This document shows positions 52,819 to 62,571 of a stretch of 64,000 nucleotides of DNA, in pieces. A program made the position numbers and the translations under genes. Positions within the stretch are counted from its first letter, which is position 1, and every line of letters begins with the position of its first letter. This DNA is from an uncultured Bacillota bacterium. GTDB lineage: Bacteria > Sysuimicrobiota > Sysuimicrobiia > Sysuimicrobiales > Segetimicrobiaceae. The notes beneath the pieces are model-generated. The model was not told the DNA's origin, did no database searches, and saw only the letters and a program-made list of their open reading frames with translations. The stretch is from positions 32,001-96,000 of the forward strand of contig CAWDRG010000008.1 in NCBI GenBank assembly GCA_963804645.1, read 5' to 3'.

Positions 52819-54483
52819 CTAGGATGCGCGCCGGATCGGGTAGAAATCGACTTCCCACACGCTGTTGTACGTGACCCCACGCAGGTCCGCCCGATACCCG
52901 TAGGGCAGCGCGGGCGTAAAGAGCGGCGCGTACGGCCCGATCTCGAGCAGGCGCCGCTGGACCTTCTGCAACAGCGCGACGCGCGCCTTCGCGTCGCTCT
53001 CCTGCACGGCCTGGTCACCCCACCCGGCCAGTTCCTGGGCCTCCGGGCTCGCGTTCACCGGCCAGTTCATCCGCTTGCCGACGAGCTGCCCCGGCAGGTA
53101 CACCAGGAAATCGGTCGCGTCGGGATAGTCCGCGGCGTACCCGCCGAACAGGGCGGGCGCCCGGCCCCCGCGGTACTCGCCGAGCTCGAGCGTTCCCGGC
53201 AGCCCATTGAGGGCGACCGTGATCCCGGCGGCGGCGAGATCCGACTGGATCTTCTGCGCGAGCAGCGCATATTGAATGCCGTAGGATGTCGCGTCGCTCG
53301 CAAACATGAGGCGCCCGTTGACCTGGCTCAGGCCCGACTCCTTCACCAGCCCCTTCGCCTTGACGAGGTCCGTCTTGAACGCTTCGCGCGGGTCGAGCGC
53401 GCCGGGCAGGTCGTTCGGAATGACGCCGGCCATGCGCTGCGCGCCGGGCCCGGCGATCTGGAGAATGCCGTTGTAGTCGAGCGCGTAGCGGATCGCCTGC
53501 AGGATCTTGGGATTGTTGAGCGCGCCGCCGAGCGCGGAGTCCATGTTGACCATCATCAAGAACGAGGTGGCGACGACGCTGGTCTGGATCGACACGCTCG
53601 GGACGCGCATGAGCGTCGGCAGGTTCGCCTGGCCCATCGAGAGCGCGATGTCCAGGTCGCCGCGCTCGAGCTGCAGCGCCTGCGTGGACGCCTCGGGGAT
53701 GCTGCGCAGCACAACGCGGTCCATGGGAGCCGGTGCCCGCCAGTGGTTGGGGTTGCGGACGAGCACGACTTCCTGGTTCGGCGTGTAGCTCTGGAGGATG
53801 AACGCGCCGCTCCCGGCGGAATGCGCGTTCAGGTACGCCTCCGCGTGGTCCGCCGTCTTGGCGTTCGGGCCGGCGTCGCCGCCGTTCTGCATCATGAGCT
53901 TGCTGTCCACGATCCCGAGCGCGCCGTTCGAGAGAATCGGGAGTATCGCCGGCTGCGGCGTGTGGAGCCGCAGGACGACCGTGTAGGGGTCGGGCGCCTG
54001 AACCTCGTCGACGTTGGCGAGGAAGAACGCCGGGTTCGACTGCAGATTGATCACCCGATCGAACGACCATTTGACGTCCGCCGACGTCAGCGGGTTGCCG
54101 CTCGCGAACCGGACGTCCTTGCGGAGCGTGAACGTGTACAGGAGGCCGCCCGCCGAGACCTTCCAGTCCGTCGCGATATGGGGCCGCGGCGTCGACAGGT
54201 CCGCGCCGTTGAACGTCACCAGCGCGTCGTAGCACGCGTGCGTGATCATCTCGCCGTCCGGCTCAAGCGTGTGCCCAGGATCGAGGCTGCGGATCACGAA
54301 GCCCGGGGCCATGATGAGCGCCTGCGGCGGGGCCGCCGCGCGCGCGCCGCTCACCCCGCCGAGCCGCCCGGCCATCGCCGCCACCGCGGCAAGGCCGCCG
54401 GCCGATGCGATGAGCCGGCGCCGGGTGACCCGCGTCCCGTCCCGCCGTCGTGCCTCGTCGTCCTGGGGTCTCCGCATCTGCAC
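52819..54483 (-). CDS. Family 5 ABC substrate-binding protein with Tat signal
   Basis: TRRRLI twin-arginine signal; YTFTLRKDVRFASGNPLTSADVKWSFDR family 5 signature. Confidence 0.92.
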   Translation of the reverse strand: MQMRRPQDDEARRRDGTRVTRRRLIASAGGLAAVAAMAGRLGGVSGARAAAPPQALIMAPGFVIRSLDPGHTLEPDGEMITHACYDALVTFNGADLSTPRPHIATDWKVSAGGLLYTFTLRKDVRFASGNPLTSADVKWSFDRVINLQSNPAFFLANVDEVQAPDPYTVVLRLHTPQPAILPILSNGALGIVDSKLMMQNGGDAGPNAKTADHAEAYLNAHSAGSGAFILQSYTPNQEVVLVRNPNHWRAPAPMDRVVLRSIPEASTQALQLERGDLDIALSMGQANLPTLMRVPSVSIQTSVVATSFLMMVNMDSALGGALNNPKILQAIRYALDYNGILQIAGPGAQRMAGVIPNDLPGALDPREAFKTDLVKAKGLVKESGLSQVNGRLMFASDATSYGIQYALLAQKIQSDLAAAGITVALNGLPGTLELGEYRGGRAPALFGGYAADYPDATDFLVYLPGQLVGKRMNWPVNASPEAQELAGWGDQAVQESDAKARVALLQKVQRRLLEIGPYAPLFTPALPYGYRADLRGVTYNSVWEVDFYPIRRAS

Positions 54484-54558
54484 GCCCTCCTTCGGAGTGA
54501 CGCCCCGGGGACACCGGCGTCGGCGCCGCGCCCCCAGGGCGTTCCTGGTGCCGCCTCG

Positions 54559-56229
54559 CTAGCTCTTGCGGACCGTGTAAAAGTCCTCCGCCCACACGCT
54601 GTTGTAGGTCAGGCCCTGAATGTTCGAGCCGGACGCGTACGGCACCGCGGGCTGGAACAGCGGCACGTAGGGCCCCACCTGAGCCAGCATCCGCTCAAAA
54701 TCCTGCAGCATCGCGATCCGCTTCGTCACGTCGACCTCCGCCTCGGCCGCGTCGGCCATCGCGGCCAGCTTCTGGGCCGCCGGGCTCGCGGACGCCGGCC
54801 ATCCGGCGCGGATCCCCACCACCCGGCCCGGCGCGTACACGAGAAAATCGGTCGCGTCGGGATAGTCCGCGGCCCAGCCCCAGACGCCGAACTGATCCTT
54901 GCCGCCGCGGTACAGCCCGAGCGAGGTGACGATCGGCAGCCCGTCGAGTTGCAGCTGAATCCCCGCCGCCGCGAGATCGGACTGGATCTTCTGGGCCAGC
55001 AGGTCAATCGGAATCCCCCACGAGACCTGCCCGCTCGAATACGAAAACTTTCCTCGCACCTCGGTCAGGCCGGACTCCTTCACGAGGCTCTTCGCCTTGG
55101 CGATGTCGGTCGTGGCCGCCAGCTTCGGATCGAGCGAGCCCGGCATCAACGTCGGGATGACCCCCGCCATCCGCACCGCGCCCGGACCGGCGATCTGCAA
55201 AATGCCCTGATAATCGAGGGCGTACCGGACCGCCTGCTGAATTTTGGGGTTGGAGAAGGGCCCCCCGATCTCGGGTGTGTTGTTCATCAGGATGTAGAAG
55301 GTCGTCGCGGCCGGGCTCGTCTTGACGGTCACGTTCGGCGCCCGGCGCAGCGGGGCCACCTGATCCTGGCCGATCGTGGTCGCCACGTCGAGGTCCCCGC
55401 GCACCACCTGGAGGGCCTGCGTCACCGCGTCCGGCACGTGCTTGACCACGATGCGCTGCAGCTTGGATGCCCCGCCCCAGTACTGCGGGTTGCGATCGAG
55501 GATCAACTGCTGCCCGGGCACGTAGCTCGTCAGCACGAACGGTCCGGTGCCCGCGGAGTGCGCGTTCAGGTACGGCTCCGCGTGATCGGCGGTCTTCGCG
55601 TTCGGGCCGGCGTCCCCGCCGTTCTGCATCACGAGCTTGCTGTCGAGGATGCCGAGGCCCGGGTGCGACAGAATCGGCACGAGCGACGGCAGCGGCGCCT
55701 TGGTCTGGATCACCACCGTGAGGGGATCGGGCGCCATGACTGCCTCGACCCCGTCGAACAGGAACGACGTGTTGGCCTGCAGCGTGAGAATTCGATCGAA
55801 ACTCCACTTCACGTCCGCGGACGTCATGGGGTTGCCGCTGATGAACTTGATGCCGGGCCGCAGGGTCAGCGTGGTAGAGCGCCCGTCGGCGCTCACCTTC
55901 CAGGCCGTCGCCAGTCTCGGTCGCGGCGTGCGAAGGTCCTCCCCCTGGAACGTCACGAGCGTATCGTAGGTCACCTTCTCGATCATCATGCCGGTCACTT
56001 CGATCGTCCGGCCGGGATCCATGGTTTTGATGTTGTCGAGGTCAGAGCCGACGAGCAGCGTGGCCTGGTCGCCGCTCGCCGCGTGGGCGAGCCGCACCCC
56101 GGGGCCGAGCAGCGACTCGAGGGCGCCCGCGGCGGCGAGCCCGCCCCCGAGCCCCAGCGTCCTCAGAAACGCACGCCGGTTTACCTGTCCTAACGTCTGC
56201 GTCGGATCGGTTGGCATCGAGCGGCTCAT
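54559..56229 (-). CDS. Family 5 ABC substrate-binding protein with Tat signal
   Basis: NRRAFL twin-arginine signal; LRPGIKFISGNPMTSADVKWSFDR; GAGGAGG RBS. Confidence 0.92.
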   Translation of the reverse strand: MSRSMPTDPTQTLGQVNRRAFLRTLGLGGGLAAAGALESLLGPGVRLAHAASGDQATLLVGSDLDNIKTMDPGRTIEVTGMMIEKVTYDTLVTFQGEDLRTPRPRLATAWKVSADGRSTTLTLRPGIKFISGNPMTSADVKWSFDRILTLQANTSFLFDGVEAVMAPDPLTVVIQTKAPLPSLVPILSHPGLGILDSKLVMQNGGDAGPNAKTADHAEPYLNAHSAGTGPFVLTSYVPGQQLILDRNPQYWGGASKLQRIVVKHVPDAVTQALQVVRGDLDVATTIGQDQVAPLRRAPNVTVKTSPAATTFYILMNNTPEIGGPFSNPKIQQAVRYALDYQGILQIAGPGAVRMAGVIPTLMPGSLDPKLAATTDIAKAKSLVKESGLTEVRGKFSYSSGQVSWGIPIDLLAQKIQSDLAAAGIQLQLDGLPIVTSLGLYRGGKDQFGVWGWAADYPDATDFLVYAPGRVVGIRAGWPASASPAAQKLAAMADAAEAEVDVTKRIAMLQDFERMLAQVGPYVPLFQPAVPYASGSNIQGLTYNSVWAEDFYTVRKS

Positions 56230-56258
56230 CTCACGCCTCCTCACGAGTTGTCACGGGT

Positions 56259-56287
56259 AAGAAACAAAACGGGGCGGGCCCACCCAT
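56259..56287 (-). terminator. Intrinsic terminator-like element just upstream of the SBP RBS
   Basis: GGGTG-GGCC-CGCCC stem followed by GTTTTGTTTCTT. Confidence 0.55.
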
Positions 56288-56408
56288 CGCGTCCAGGCGA
56301 CGGAACCGGCTCCGCCGAGCACCCTTCCATGCCTCTCCTTACGGTCCTGTTCCCCTCACAGTTCGTCCAGGCGCGGCCCGGCTCCTTTCTCCGGGCCCCT
56401 CGGCGGGG

Positions 56409-57197
56409 TCAGCGCAGCCCGATCAGGGTCACCTGCGCCGGCCGGAGGAACGCGCGGCGGTGCGCCGGGCACGGCCCCTCGCGGATCAGGGCCTCGAGAT
56501 GGTCCCGCGTTCCGTATCCCTTGTTGTGGAAGAACCCGTACGCCGGGTACGCGTCGTGCAGTCCGCACATCACCCGGTCGCGGGCGACCTTCGCGACGAT
56601 CGACGCCGCGGAGATCGACGCGCAGAGCGCGTCGCCGCGCACGACCGTGGCGTGCGGGTGCAGACCCGGCAGCCGCTCCCGGCCATCCACGAGCAGAAAC
56701 TGCGGTCCGGGCATCAGCGCGTCCACGGCCCGCCGCATCGCCAGCAGCGACGCCCCGAGGATGTTGAACCGGTCGATCTCGGCCACGGACGCCTCCCCGA
56801 CGGCGACCGCGACCGCCCGCGCGCGAATCTCGGCGTCAAGCGCCTCGCGGGCCTCGGCGGTGAGGCGCTTGCTGTCGTCGAGCCCGACGATCCGGGTGCC
56901 CGGCCCGAGAATCACGGCCCCGGCAAACACGGGGCCCGCGAGCGGCCCCCGGCCGACCTCGTCCACGCCCGCCACGATCCGTCCAGCCGGGGCGCGGCGC
57001 CGGTCCTCGAGGTAGAGGGCCCGCAGCCGCTGGCGCTCCCGGCGCAGGGCCGCCTGCGCCGCCTGGTAGCGGGCGAGGAGCCTCGCGACCGAGGCCCGGG
57101 GATCGCGCGCGAGCAGGCGGAGGGTGGCCGCCGGCACGCGCCGCGCCCCGTCTAGGTAGGCGGCGAGTTCGGCGACGGTCAGCTCGCGGGGATCCAC
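56409..57197 (-). CDS. rnhB: Ribonuclease HII
   Basis: GVDEVGRGPLAGPV, DDSKRL, SISAASIVAKVARD, NKGYGT, HRRAF. Confidence 0.96.
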   Translation of the reverse strand: MDPRELTVAELAAYLDGARRVPAATLRLLARDPRASVARLLARYQAAQAALRRERQRLRALYLEDRRRAPAGRIVAGVDEVGRGPLAGPVFAGAVILGPGTRIVGLDDSKRLTAEAREALDAEIRARAVAVAVGEASVAEIDRFNILGASLLAMRRAVDALMPGPQFLLVDGRERLPGLHPHATVVRGDALCASISAASIVAKVARDRVMCGLHDAYPAYGFFHNKGYGTRDHLEALIREGPCPAHRRAFLRPAQVTLIGLR

Positions 57198-57251
57198 GCG
57201 CGCACCGGCTGTGCGGCTGCGGCCCGCCCCGTGCGGATCACCGCGGGGCGT

Positions 57252-57860
57252 TCAGTGCACGAACCCGACCCGGGACACGGGCCAGTAGATAAACACCGCG
57301 CGACCGATAATGTTCGCGCGGGGGACGTACCCGAAGAACCGGCTGTCCTCGCTGTTGTTGCGGTTGTCGCCGAGCACGAAGTACTGGCTCGGCGGGACGG
57401 TGATCGGCCCGTAGTTGCCGAGATCCCGGTGGATGGTGTAGCCGCTCTCCGAGATGCGGTCGCCGTTCACGTAGACGTAGCCGTCCTTCAGTTGCACATG
57501 CTGCCCGGGCAGCCCGATCACGCGCTTGACGAAGTCGCGTGACGGATTCAGGGGATAGCGGAACACGATCACGTTGCCGCGCGCGATCGGCTCAAACCGG
57601 TACAGGAACTTGGCGACGAGGATCCGGTCGTCCACCATCAGCGTCGGCTCCATGGAGCCGGACGGGATGTAGAACGCCTGGACCACGAACGTGATGATGA
57701 TGAGGCTGAGGACCGCGGCAAAGATGCACGCATCCAGCGTCTCGATGACGGAGATGCGCGCCGCCTGGGGGATCTGCGTGGCGCGCTTGACGAGGATGCG
57801 GGATGCGACCAAGAGGGCGGACAGCCCGAGGATGACGGTGGGAATGCTCAGGGCGCTCAC
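57252..57860 (-). CDS. lepB: Signal peptidase I
   Basis: IPSGSMEPTL, FVKRVIGLPG, GDNRNNSEDSR. Confidence 0.95.
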   Translation of the reverse strand: MSALSIPTVILGLSALLVASRILVKRATQIPQAARISVIETLDACIFAAVLSLIIITFVVQAFYIPSGSMEPTLMVDDRILVAKFLYRFEPIARGNVIVFRYPLNPSRDFVKRVIGLPGQHVQLKDGYVYVNGDRISESGYTIHRDLGNYGPITVPPSQYFVLGDNRNNSEDSRFFGYVPRANIIGRAVFIYWPVSRVGFVH

Positions 57861-57869
57861 GGCCTATGG

Positions 57870-58211
57870 CTACCGCTTCTCTTTGACGCGGCTTTCCTTG
57901 CCGATCTTCTCCCGCAGGTAGTACAGCTTCGCCCGCCGGACGCGGCCCTTGCGGAGCACCTCCACCTTCTCCACGCGCGGGGAATGAACGGGAAAGGTGC
58001 GTTCGACCCCCACCCCGTGCGAGATGCGGCGGACGGTGAACACCTCGCGGATCCCGCCGCCCCGCCGGGCGATGACGATCCCCTCGAACGCCTGCACGCG
58101 CTCGCGGCCGCCCTCGGCCACCTTCATGTGCACCCGCACCGTATCACCGGCGCCGAACGACGGCGGTGACGCCTTGAGCTGCTGCCGTTCGATCACCATG
58201 ATCCTCTCCAT
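57870..58211 (-). CDS. rplS: 50S ribosomal protein L19
   Basis: [33 protein letters not shown]. Confidence 0.98.
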   Translation of the reverse strand: MERIMVIERQQLKASPPSFGAGDTVRVHMKVAEGGRERVQAFEGIVIARRGGGIREVFTVRRISHGVGVERTFPVHSPRVEKVEVLRKGRVRRAKLYYLREKIGKESRVKEKR

Positions 58212-58243
58212 GCGTATCCCCCTTTTGGGACCCACGACTGGTC

Positions 58244-58273
58244 ATTATAACACGGGCGCGTTTCCGCTCACAA
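58244..58273 (-). promoter_or_regulatory. Internal promoter for rplS
   Basis: TTGTGA-N18-TATAAT with extended -10 TG. Confidence 0.6.
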
Positions 58274-58281
58274 GGCGCGCC

Positions 58282-59022
58282 TTAACCGGCACCGCTCCTT
58301 AACTCGGCGAGCAGGACGCGAGCCTCGTCGTCGAGCGCCTCCTCGTCGATCAGATCCGGCCGTCGGCCGAGCGTGCGCCGCAGCGCCTCGCGCTTGCGCC
58401 AGCGGCGGATCTCCTCGTGATGTCCGCTCAGCAGCACCTCCGGCACCGCATGGCCGCGGTACTCCGGGGGCCGCGTGAACTGCGGAAAGTCGAGCAGCCC
58501 CGCGGAAAACGAGTCGTCCGCCACCGACGCGCGCTGGCCGACGGCGCCCGGCACGAGGCGCGCCACCACCTCGATCAGCACCATCGCCGCGAGCTCGCCC
58601 CCGGTAAGCACGTAATCGCCGATGCTGATCTCGTCGGCCCCCAGGGCCAGCGGGACGCGCTCGTCCACACCCTCGTACCGCCCGCAGAGCACGACCAGGT
58701 GCGGGAGCTCCGCGAGCGCGCGGGCGCGGGCCTGCGTCAGCCGCTCGCCCTGCGGACTCGTCAGCAGCACCCGCGGTGCGGTCTCGGGCCGCGCTACGCG
58801 GATCGCGTCGAGCGCGCGGCCGAACGGCTCCGGCTTCATCACCATCCCGACGCCGCCGCCGTACGGCAGGTCGTCCACGCTGCGGTGCCGGTCTTCGGTG
58901 AAGTCTCGCAGGTCCCACACGACCAAGTCGAGCAGGCCCCGGTCGCGCGCGCGCCCCATCACCCCGACGCTGAGCGGCCCGGGAAACACGTCGGGAAAGA
59001 TCGTGACCACGTCGACGCGCAT
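58282..59022 (-). CDS. trmD: tRNA (guanine-N1)-methyltransferase
   Basis: [44 protein letters not shown]. Confidence 0.97.
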   Translation of the reverse strand: MRVDVVTIFPDVFPGPLSVGVMGRARDRGLLDLVVWDLRDFTEDRHRSVDDLPYGGGVGMVMKPEPFGRALDAIRVARPETAPRVLLTSPQGERLTQARARALAELPHLVVLCGRYEGVDERVPLALGADEISIGDYVLTGGELAAMVLIEVVARLVPGAVGQRASVADDSFSAGLLDFPQFTRPPEYRGHAVPEVLLSGHHEEIRRWRKREALRRTLGRRPDLIDEEALDDEARVLLAELRSGAG

Positions 59023-59558
59023 TACAGCCACTCCGGGGGGCGGACGACGATCTCACCCGCCGGCACGTCGATCGACTCGACCACGCCCTCGACGGCCGGC
59101 AGGAGGATCTCCCGCCCCGCCGGCGACCGCACGACGTACACGTCGTTCGCGCCGGTGCGCAGCACGTCGGCGACCTCGCCGAGCGCCGTGCCGTCGGGCG
59201 TGCGGACCCGAAGGCCCACGATCTGGAACACATAGAACTGCCCGGGCGGCAGCGGCTGCACCTCGCCCGGGGGAATCCGAAGCGTCGCCCCGCGCAGCGC
59301 CTCGGCCGCCGCGACGGTATCGATCCCGGCGAGCTTCATCGCCACGAAGCGCCCCGCGGCCTCCGCGTGCTCGACGCGCACGGACCGCGCGCCGCGGCCG
59401 TCGACGACGACCACCTCCCCGAGCGCCAGCAGATGCTCGGGGAAGTCGGTGACGGGCAGCACCCGCAGCGCGCCCCGGAGCCCGTGCGGCCGCGTCACCT
59501 CGCCCACGATGACCAGATCCGCCAGCGCGTCGGTGGACCGGTCCGCGCGCGCGGCCAT
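59022..59558 (-). CDS. rimM: Ribosome maturation factor
   Basis: [29 protein letters not shown]. Confidence 0.95.
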   Translation of the reverse strand: MAARADRSTDALADLVIVGEVTRPHGLRGALRVLPVTDFPEHLLALGEVVVVDGRGARSVRVEHAEAAGRFVAMKLAGIDTVAAAEALRGATLRIPPGEVQPLPPGQFYVFQIVGLRVRTPDGTALGEVADVLRTGANDVYVVRSPAGREILLPAVEGVVESIDVPAGEIVVRPPEWL

Positions 59559-59562
59559 CGCC

Positions 59563-60024
59563 CTACCGCGTCGCGGGCGTGATGATCCCGCTCGGCGGCG
59601 GCGCCGGAATGTCGGCGGCGGCCTCCCGAATCTCCAGGACGATGCCGTCCTTGACGATGACCTCGGTGCGCGAGATCTTGTCGAAGAGGTTGTCGCCGAC
59701 GGCGATGTCGACGGTGCCCTCGATCGTGCCCTGGGTGAACTCGGAGTTCAGCTCCAGCTCCTGGGCCTCGCGCAGCCGCGCCTGCAGCTCGCCCTTGGCC
59801 GCCTCCTGGCGGGCCCGCTCGAGATCGAGCTGCTGGCGAATCGCCCGGGACTGCGGGGTGACCTGCCGCTCGAGCTCGAACCGCCGGAACTGGACGTCGA
59901 TCTGCTGGACGATCGCATCGACCCGCCGGATCGCGTCCTCGAGATCCGCCACGTACAACCGCTTGAAGCTCTCCGTCACGATCGTCTTGATGACGATTGG
60001 ACGCTGTACCGTAATCGCTCCCAT
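59563..60024 (-). CDS. YlqD family protein
   Basis: RPIVIKTIVTE, coiled coil, VGDN, EVIVKDGIVLEIR; lies between khpA and rimM. Confidence 0.85.
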   Translation of the reverse strand: MGAITVQRPIVIKTIVTESFKRLYVADLEDAIRRVDAIVQQIDVQFRRFELERQVTPQSRAIRQQLDLERARQEAAKGELQARLREAQELELNSEFTQGTIEGTVDIAVGDNLFDKISRTEVIVKDGIVLEIREAAADIPAPPPSGIITPATR

Positions 60025-60074
60025 GTGGCTCCTCCTCCTGGTACCGTCCTCTGGTGAACGCCGGCCGCTCCGAC

Positions 60075-60308
60075 CTACGGGCGGAGCACCTCGACGGTGA
60101 CCCGCCTCCCCGTACGCGTCGCCGACGCGCGCGCGAGCGTGCGGATCGCCTTGATCACCCGGCCGCCCCTCCCGATCACCTTGCCCACATCGTCGGGCGA
60201 CACCTGAACCTCGATCACCGTGGCCTGCGGACTGTCCACGACCCGCACCTCAACGGCCTCGGGGTGCTCCACCAGCGACCGCGTCACGAGCTCGACGAGC
60301 GCTTTCAC
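60075..60308 (-). CDS. khpA: KH-domain RNA-binding protein
   Basis: LVEHPEAV, DVGKVIGRGGRVIKAIRT; GTGA overlap with rpsP. Confidence 0.92.
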   Translation of the reverse strand: MKALVELVTRSLVEHPEAVEVRVVDSPQATVIEVQVSPDDVGKVIGRGGRVIKAIRTLARASATRTGRRVTVEVLRP

Positions 60309-60583
60309 CTGGCCGCCTTCGCCCGGGACTCCTCCCACTGCTGGAGCACGCCGGTCTTCTCGAGGATCACCCTCGCCGAATTGGACGGCCGCGCGCCCTT
60401 GGCCAGCCACGCGATGACCTTGTCGGCGTTGACGTGCATCGTCGACGGATCGGTCCGGGGGTTGTAGAACCCCACGATCTCGAGGTACCGGCCACTTCGC
60501 GGACTGCGGGAATCGGCCACGACCAGCCGGTAGAACGGCTGCCCCTTGGCGCCGCGGCGCGTCAGTCGGATCTTCACACTCAT
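60305..60583 (-). CDS. rpsP: 30S ribosomal protein S16
   Basis: MSVKIRLTRRG, PFYRLVVADSRSPR, GFYNP, WLAKGA. Confidence 0.98.
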   Translation of the reverse strand: MSVKIRLTRRGAKGQPFYRLVVADSRSPRSGRYLEIVGFYNPRTDPSTMHVNADKVIAWLAKGARPSNSARVILEKTGVLQQWEESRAKAAR

Positions 60584-60641
60584 GCGTGTCCTCCCCTATG
60601 CGATCTTGCCGGCATCCGTCCGGCTCCGGTCGTGCGCCCTG

Positions 60642-61970
60642 CTACGGACGGAACGGCAGCGGCAGCTTGCCCTTCCGCCGCCCCATCCCTTCCATCTGCT
60701 TCAACATCTTCCGCGCCTCGCTGAACTGCCGGAGCAGCCGGTTGACCTCCTGGACGGAGGTGCCGCTCCCCCTGGCGATCCGCCGCCGCCGGCTGCCGTC
60801 GATCGTCTCGGGATGGCGGCGCTCGCCCGGCGTCATCGACCCGATCATCGCCTCCACGCGCTTGAACTCGCCCTCGTCCACCTGGGCGCCCTTGAGCTTC
60901 GTCCCCATCCCGGGGATCATCGACAGCACCTGATCGAGCGGGCCCATCGCCCGGACCTGCCGGATCTGCTCCGTGAAGTCCTCCAGCGTGAACTCGGCGC
61001 GCCGCAGCTTGCGCTCGAGCTCCTTGGCCTGGTCGGCGGTCACCTGCTCCTGCGCGCGCTCGATCAGCGTCAGGACGTCGCCCATCCCGAGGATCCGGGA
61101 CGCGATCCGATCGGGATGGAACGGCTCGAGCGCGTCCAGGCGCTCGCCGGTCCCGATAAACAGAATCGGCAGGCCCAGCGTCGCGACCACGGAGAGCGCC
61201 GCCCCGCCCCGCGCGTCGCCGTCGAGCTTGGTGAGGATCAGCCCGTCGAGCGGGACCGCCCGGTGGAACCCCTCGGCCATCCGGACGGCGTCCTGACCGG
61301 CCATCGCGTCGAGCACGAGCAGCGTGTGGTGCGGGGAGACGGCGTCCCGCACGCGCACGAGCTCGGCGACGAGGTCCTCATCGATGTGCAGACGCCCCGC
61401 GCTGTCCACGATCAGCGTGTCCGCCGCGAGCTCGCGGCACCGGGCCAGTCCGCGCCGGGACACCGCGACCGCATCCTCCTGGCCTTCGGGCACGATCACG
61501 GGGACGCCGGCCTGCTGGCCGACGATCTCCAGCTGCCGGACCGCGGCCGGGCGGGACAGATCGGCCGCGACGAGCACCGGGGTCCGTCCGCGCTTCTTGA
61601 GATGCGCGGCCAACTTCCCCGCCGTCGTCGTCTTCCCGGTGCCGTGCAGACCCACCAGCAGAACGACCGTCGGCGGTTTCGGGGACGGGGTGAGTGCGCG
61701 GTTCTGCTCGCCCAGCAGACGCGTCAGTTCGGCGTGGACGATCTGCACGACCTGCTGCCCGGGGCTCAGGCTCTTCCACACTTCCTGCCCGACCGCCGCC
61801 TCGCGCACGCGCGCGATGAACGTCCGCGCGACCCCGACGTTGACGTCGGCCTCGAGCAGCGCGAGGCGCAGCTCCCTCAGCGCCGCGTCGACGTCCCCCT
61901 CCGACAGCGCCCCGCGGTTGCGCAGCCGGGTCAGGATCCCGCCGAGCTTTGACTGCAGTTGATCAAACAT
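60642..61970 (-). CDS. ffh: Signal recognition particle protein
   Basis: ALLEADVN, GLHGTGKTT, DSAGR, TKLDGDARGG, RILGMGD, SMTPGER, RIARGSG. Confidence 0.97.
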   Translation of the reverse strand: MFDQLQSKLGGILTRLRNRGALSEGDVDAALRELRLALLEADVNVGVARTFIARVREAAVGQEVWKSLSPGQQVVQIVHAELTRLLGEQNRALTPSPKPPTVVLLVGLHGTGKTTTAGKLAAHLKKRGRTPVLVAADLSRPAAVRQLEIVGQQAGVPVIVPEGQEDAVAVSRRGLARCRELAADTLIVDSAGRLHIDEDLVAELVRVRDAVSPHHTLLVLDAMAGQDAVRMAEGFHRAVPLDGLILTKLDGDARGGAALSVVATLGLPILFIGTGERLDALEPFHPDRIASRILGMGDVLTLIERAQEQVTADQAKELERKLRRAEFTLEDFTEQIRQVRAMGPLDQVLSMIPGMGTKLKGAQVDEGEFKRVEAMIGSMTPGERRHPETIDGSRRRRIARGSGTSVQEVNRLLRQFSEARKMLKQMEGMGRRKGKLPLPFRP

Positions 61971-62571
61971 GGCTCGCCTCGTACACTCGGTATCCGCCGC
62001 CGCGCTCCACCTCGGCCACGCGCGCAAAGCGCTCGCCCATGAGCCGGCCGAGCGTCTGCGCGCCCTGGCTCGTGCGCGCGACGAGGTACAGCCGCCCCGT
62101 CGGGCTCAGACAGGCGCGCGCCTCGTCGATCAGCCGCAGCACGACGGCGCGCCCGGCACGGATCGGCGGGTTCATCGCGATCACGTCAAAGATCCGGCCG
62201 GCCACCGGCGCGCACCCATCTCCGCAGAGCGCCTCGGCGTTCGGCACGTCGTTGAGCGCGATGTTCTCCACCGCGAGCGCCACGGCGCGTGGATTGATGT
62301 CCACGAGCGTGACGCGTGCGGCCGGCGCGCGCCGCGCGAGCACGATCCCGACCGGCCCATACCCGCACCCGAGATCCAGCACGCCGGCGGCGCCCCTCAC
62401 ATCGACGGCCTCGAGCAGCAGGCGGCTGCCGCGGTCGACCCCCGCGCGCGAGAACACCCCCGCGGCCGTCCGGAACCCGAACTCATCGTCGCCGTCGAGA
62501 TACCGGACGAGCTTTGCGCGCAGCTCGGTGGCCGGCAGCGGCGTGAAGTAGTGCTGGGGCCCGCCGCTCAC
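61963..62571 (-). CDS. Small class I SAM-dependent methyltransferase (RsmC/YbxB-like)
   Basis: HYF, GVFS..VDRGSRLL, LDLGCGYGPVG, NPPIRAG, GGYRV. Confidence 0.9.
   Translation of the reverse strand: MSGGPQHYFTPLPATELRAKLVRYLDGDDEFGFRTAAGVFSRAGVDRGSRLLLEAVDVRGAAGVLDLGCGYGPVGIVLARRAPAARVTLVDINPRAVALAVENIALNDVPNAEALCGDGCAPVAGRIFDVIAMNPPIRAGRAVVLRLIDEARACLSPTGRLYLVARTSQGAQTLGRLMGERFARVAEVERGGGYRVYEASHV

Noticed and set aside
51718..56193. 1491-aa plus-strand ORF
   Set aside because: Antisense shadow of the ABC permease and SBP genes; high GC suppresses stops; no motifs.
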